Source: Chiloscyllium plagiosum (taxonomy: Eukaryota). From it: a stretch of 64,000 nt of DNA. The stretch spans positions 15,970,902 through 16,034,901 of the forward strand of contig NC_057720.1 of assembly GCF_004010195.1 (NCBI RefSeq), written 5' to 3'. This document shows, piece by piece, positions 63,565-64,000 of the stretch. Made by a program: the position numbers and the translations under genes. How positions within the stretch are numbered: the stretch's first letter is position 1; each line of letters starts with the position of its first letter. The notes beneath the pieces are model-generated. The model did no database searches, was not told where the DNA came from, and saw only the letters and a program-made list of their open reading frames with translations.

Positions 63565-64000
63565 CAGAGTAATAGAGATCCACAGCACAGAAACAGGCCA
63601 TTCAACCCATCATATCTGCGCCAGTCAAAAGCAAGCAGCTAACAATTCTAATCACATTTTCCAGCACTTGGCCTATAAACTTGCATGCCTTGGAATTGCA
63701 AGTGTGTATTAAATACTTCTTCAATATTTTGAAGCTTTCTGCTTCTGCCAATTTTGCAGGCAGGGAGTTCTAAATTCTTAATACCTCCTGGATGAAAAAC
63801 CTTTCCTTACATTGCCTCTAAACTTCCTGCCCCTTCCAACAATTCTGCATCCCCCAGTCATTGATTCCTTCATCAAAGGGAAAAGGTTTTTTTGGTCTAC
63901 CTTATCTCTCCCCTTCATAATTTTATACATTTCAATCATGCCCTTTCTCAATCTCCTCTGCTCTAAGGAAAACAACCCCAGTTTAACCAATCGCTCTTTA
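63565..64000 (-). mobile_element. CR1 3' fragment (runs off the window end)
   Basis: KLGLFSLEQRRLRKGMIEMYKIMKG. Confidence 0.85.

Overview
Vertebrate genomic DNA made almost entirely of decayed transposable elements; I found no intact host gene or convincing exon. An HE1-type V-SINE and the CR1 families suggest a cartilaginous fish (shark); this is an inference. Main content: (1) a near full-length, decayed Gmr1-like Ty3/Gypsy element (17460-26962) with paired LTRs, a tRNA-Pro-like PBS, a PPT and the unusual PR-IN-RT-RH domain order, plus a gag-PR fragment of a relative (113-2207); (2) Penelope-like element (PLE) RT and GIY-YIG fragments and many short PLE-end insertions carrying minimal hammerhead ribozyme motifs of up to four sequence families, several as head-to-head palindromes with 13-15 bp target-site duplications (TSDs); (3) Tx1-clade LINE 3' ends inserted repeatedly at about the same TATA-like site of one solo-LTR family at two separate loci, suggesting a target-specific retrotransposon; (4) many CR1, CR1/L2-like, RTE and Rex1 LINE fragments, SINEs, a Tc1/pogo MITE and a PIF/Harbinger transposase relic. 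All family assignments are by eye from motifs, with no database search, and the boundaries of old elements are approximate.
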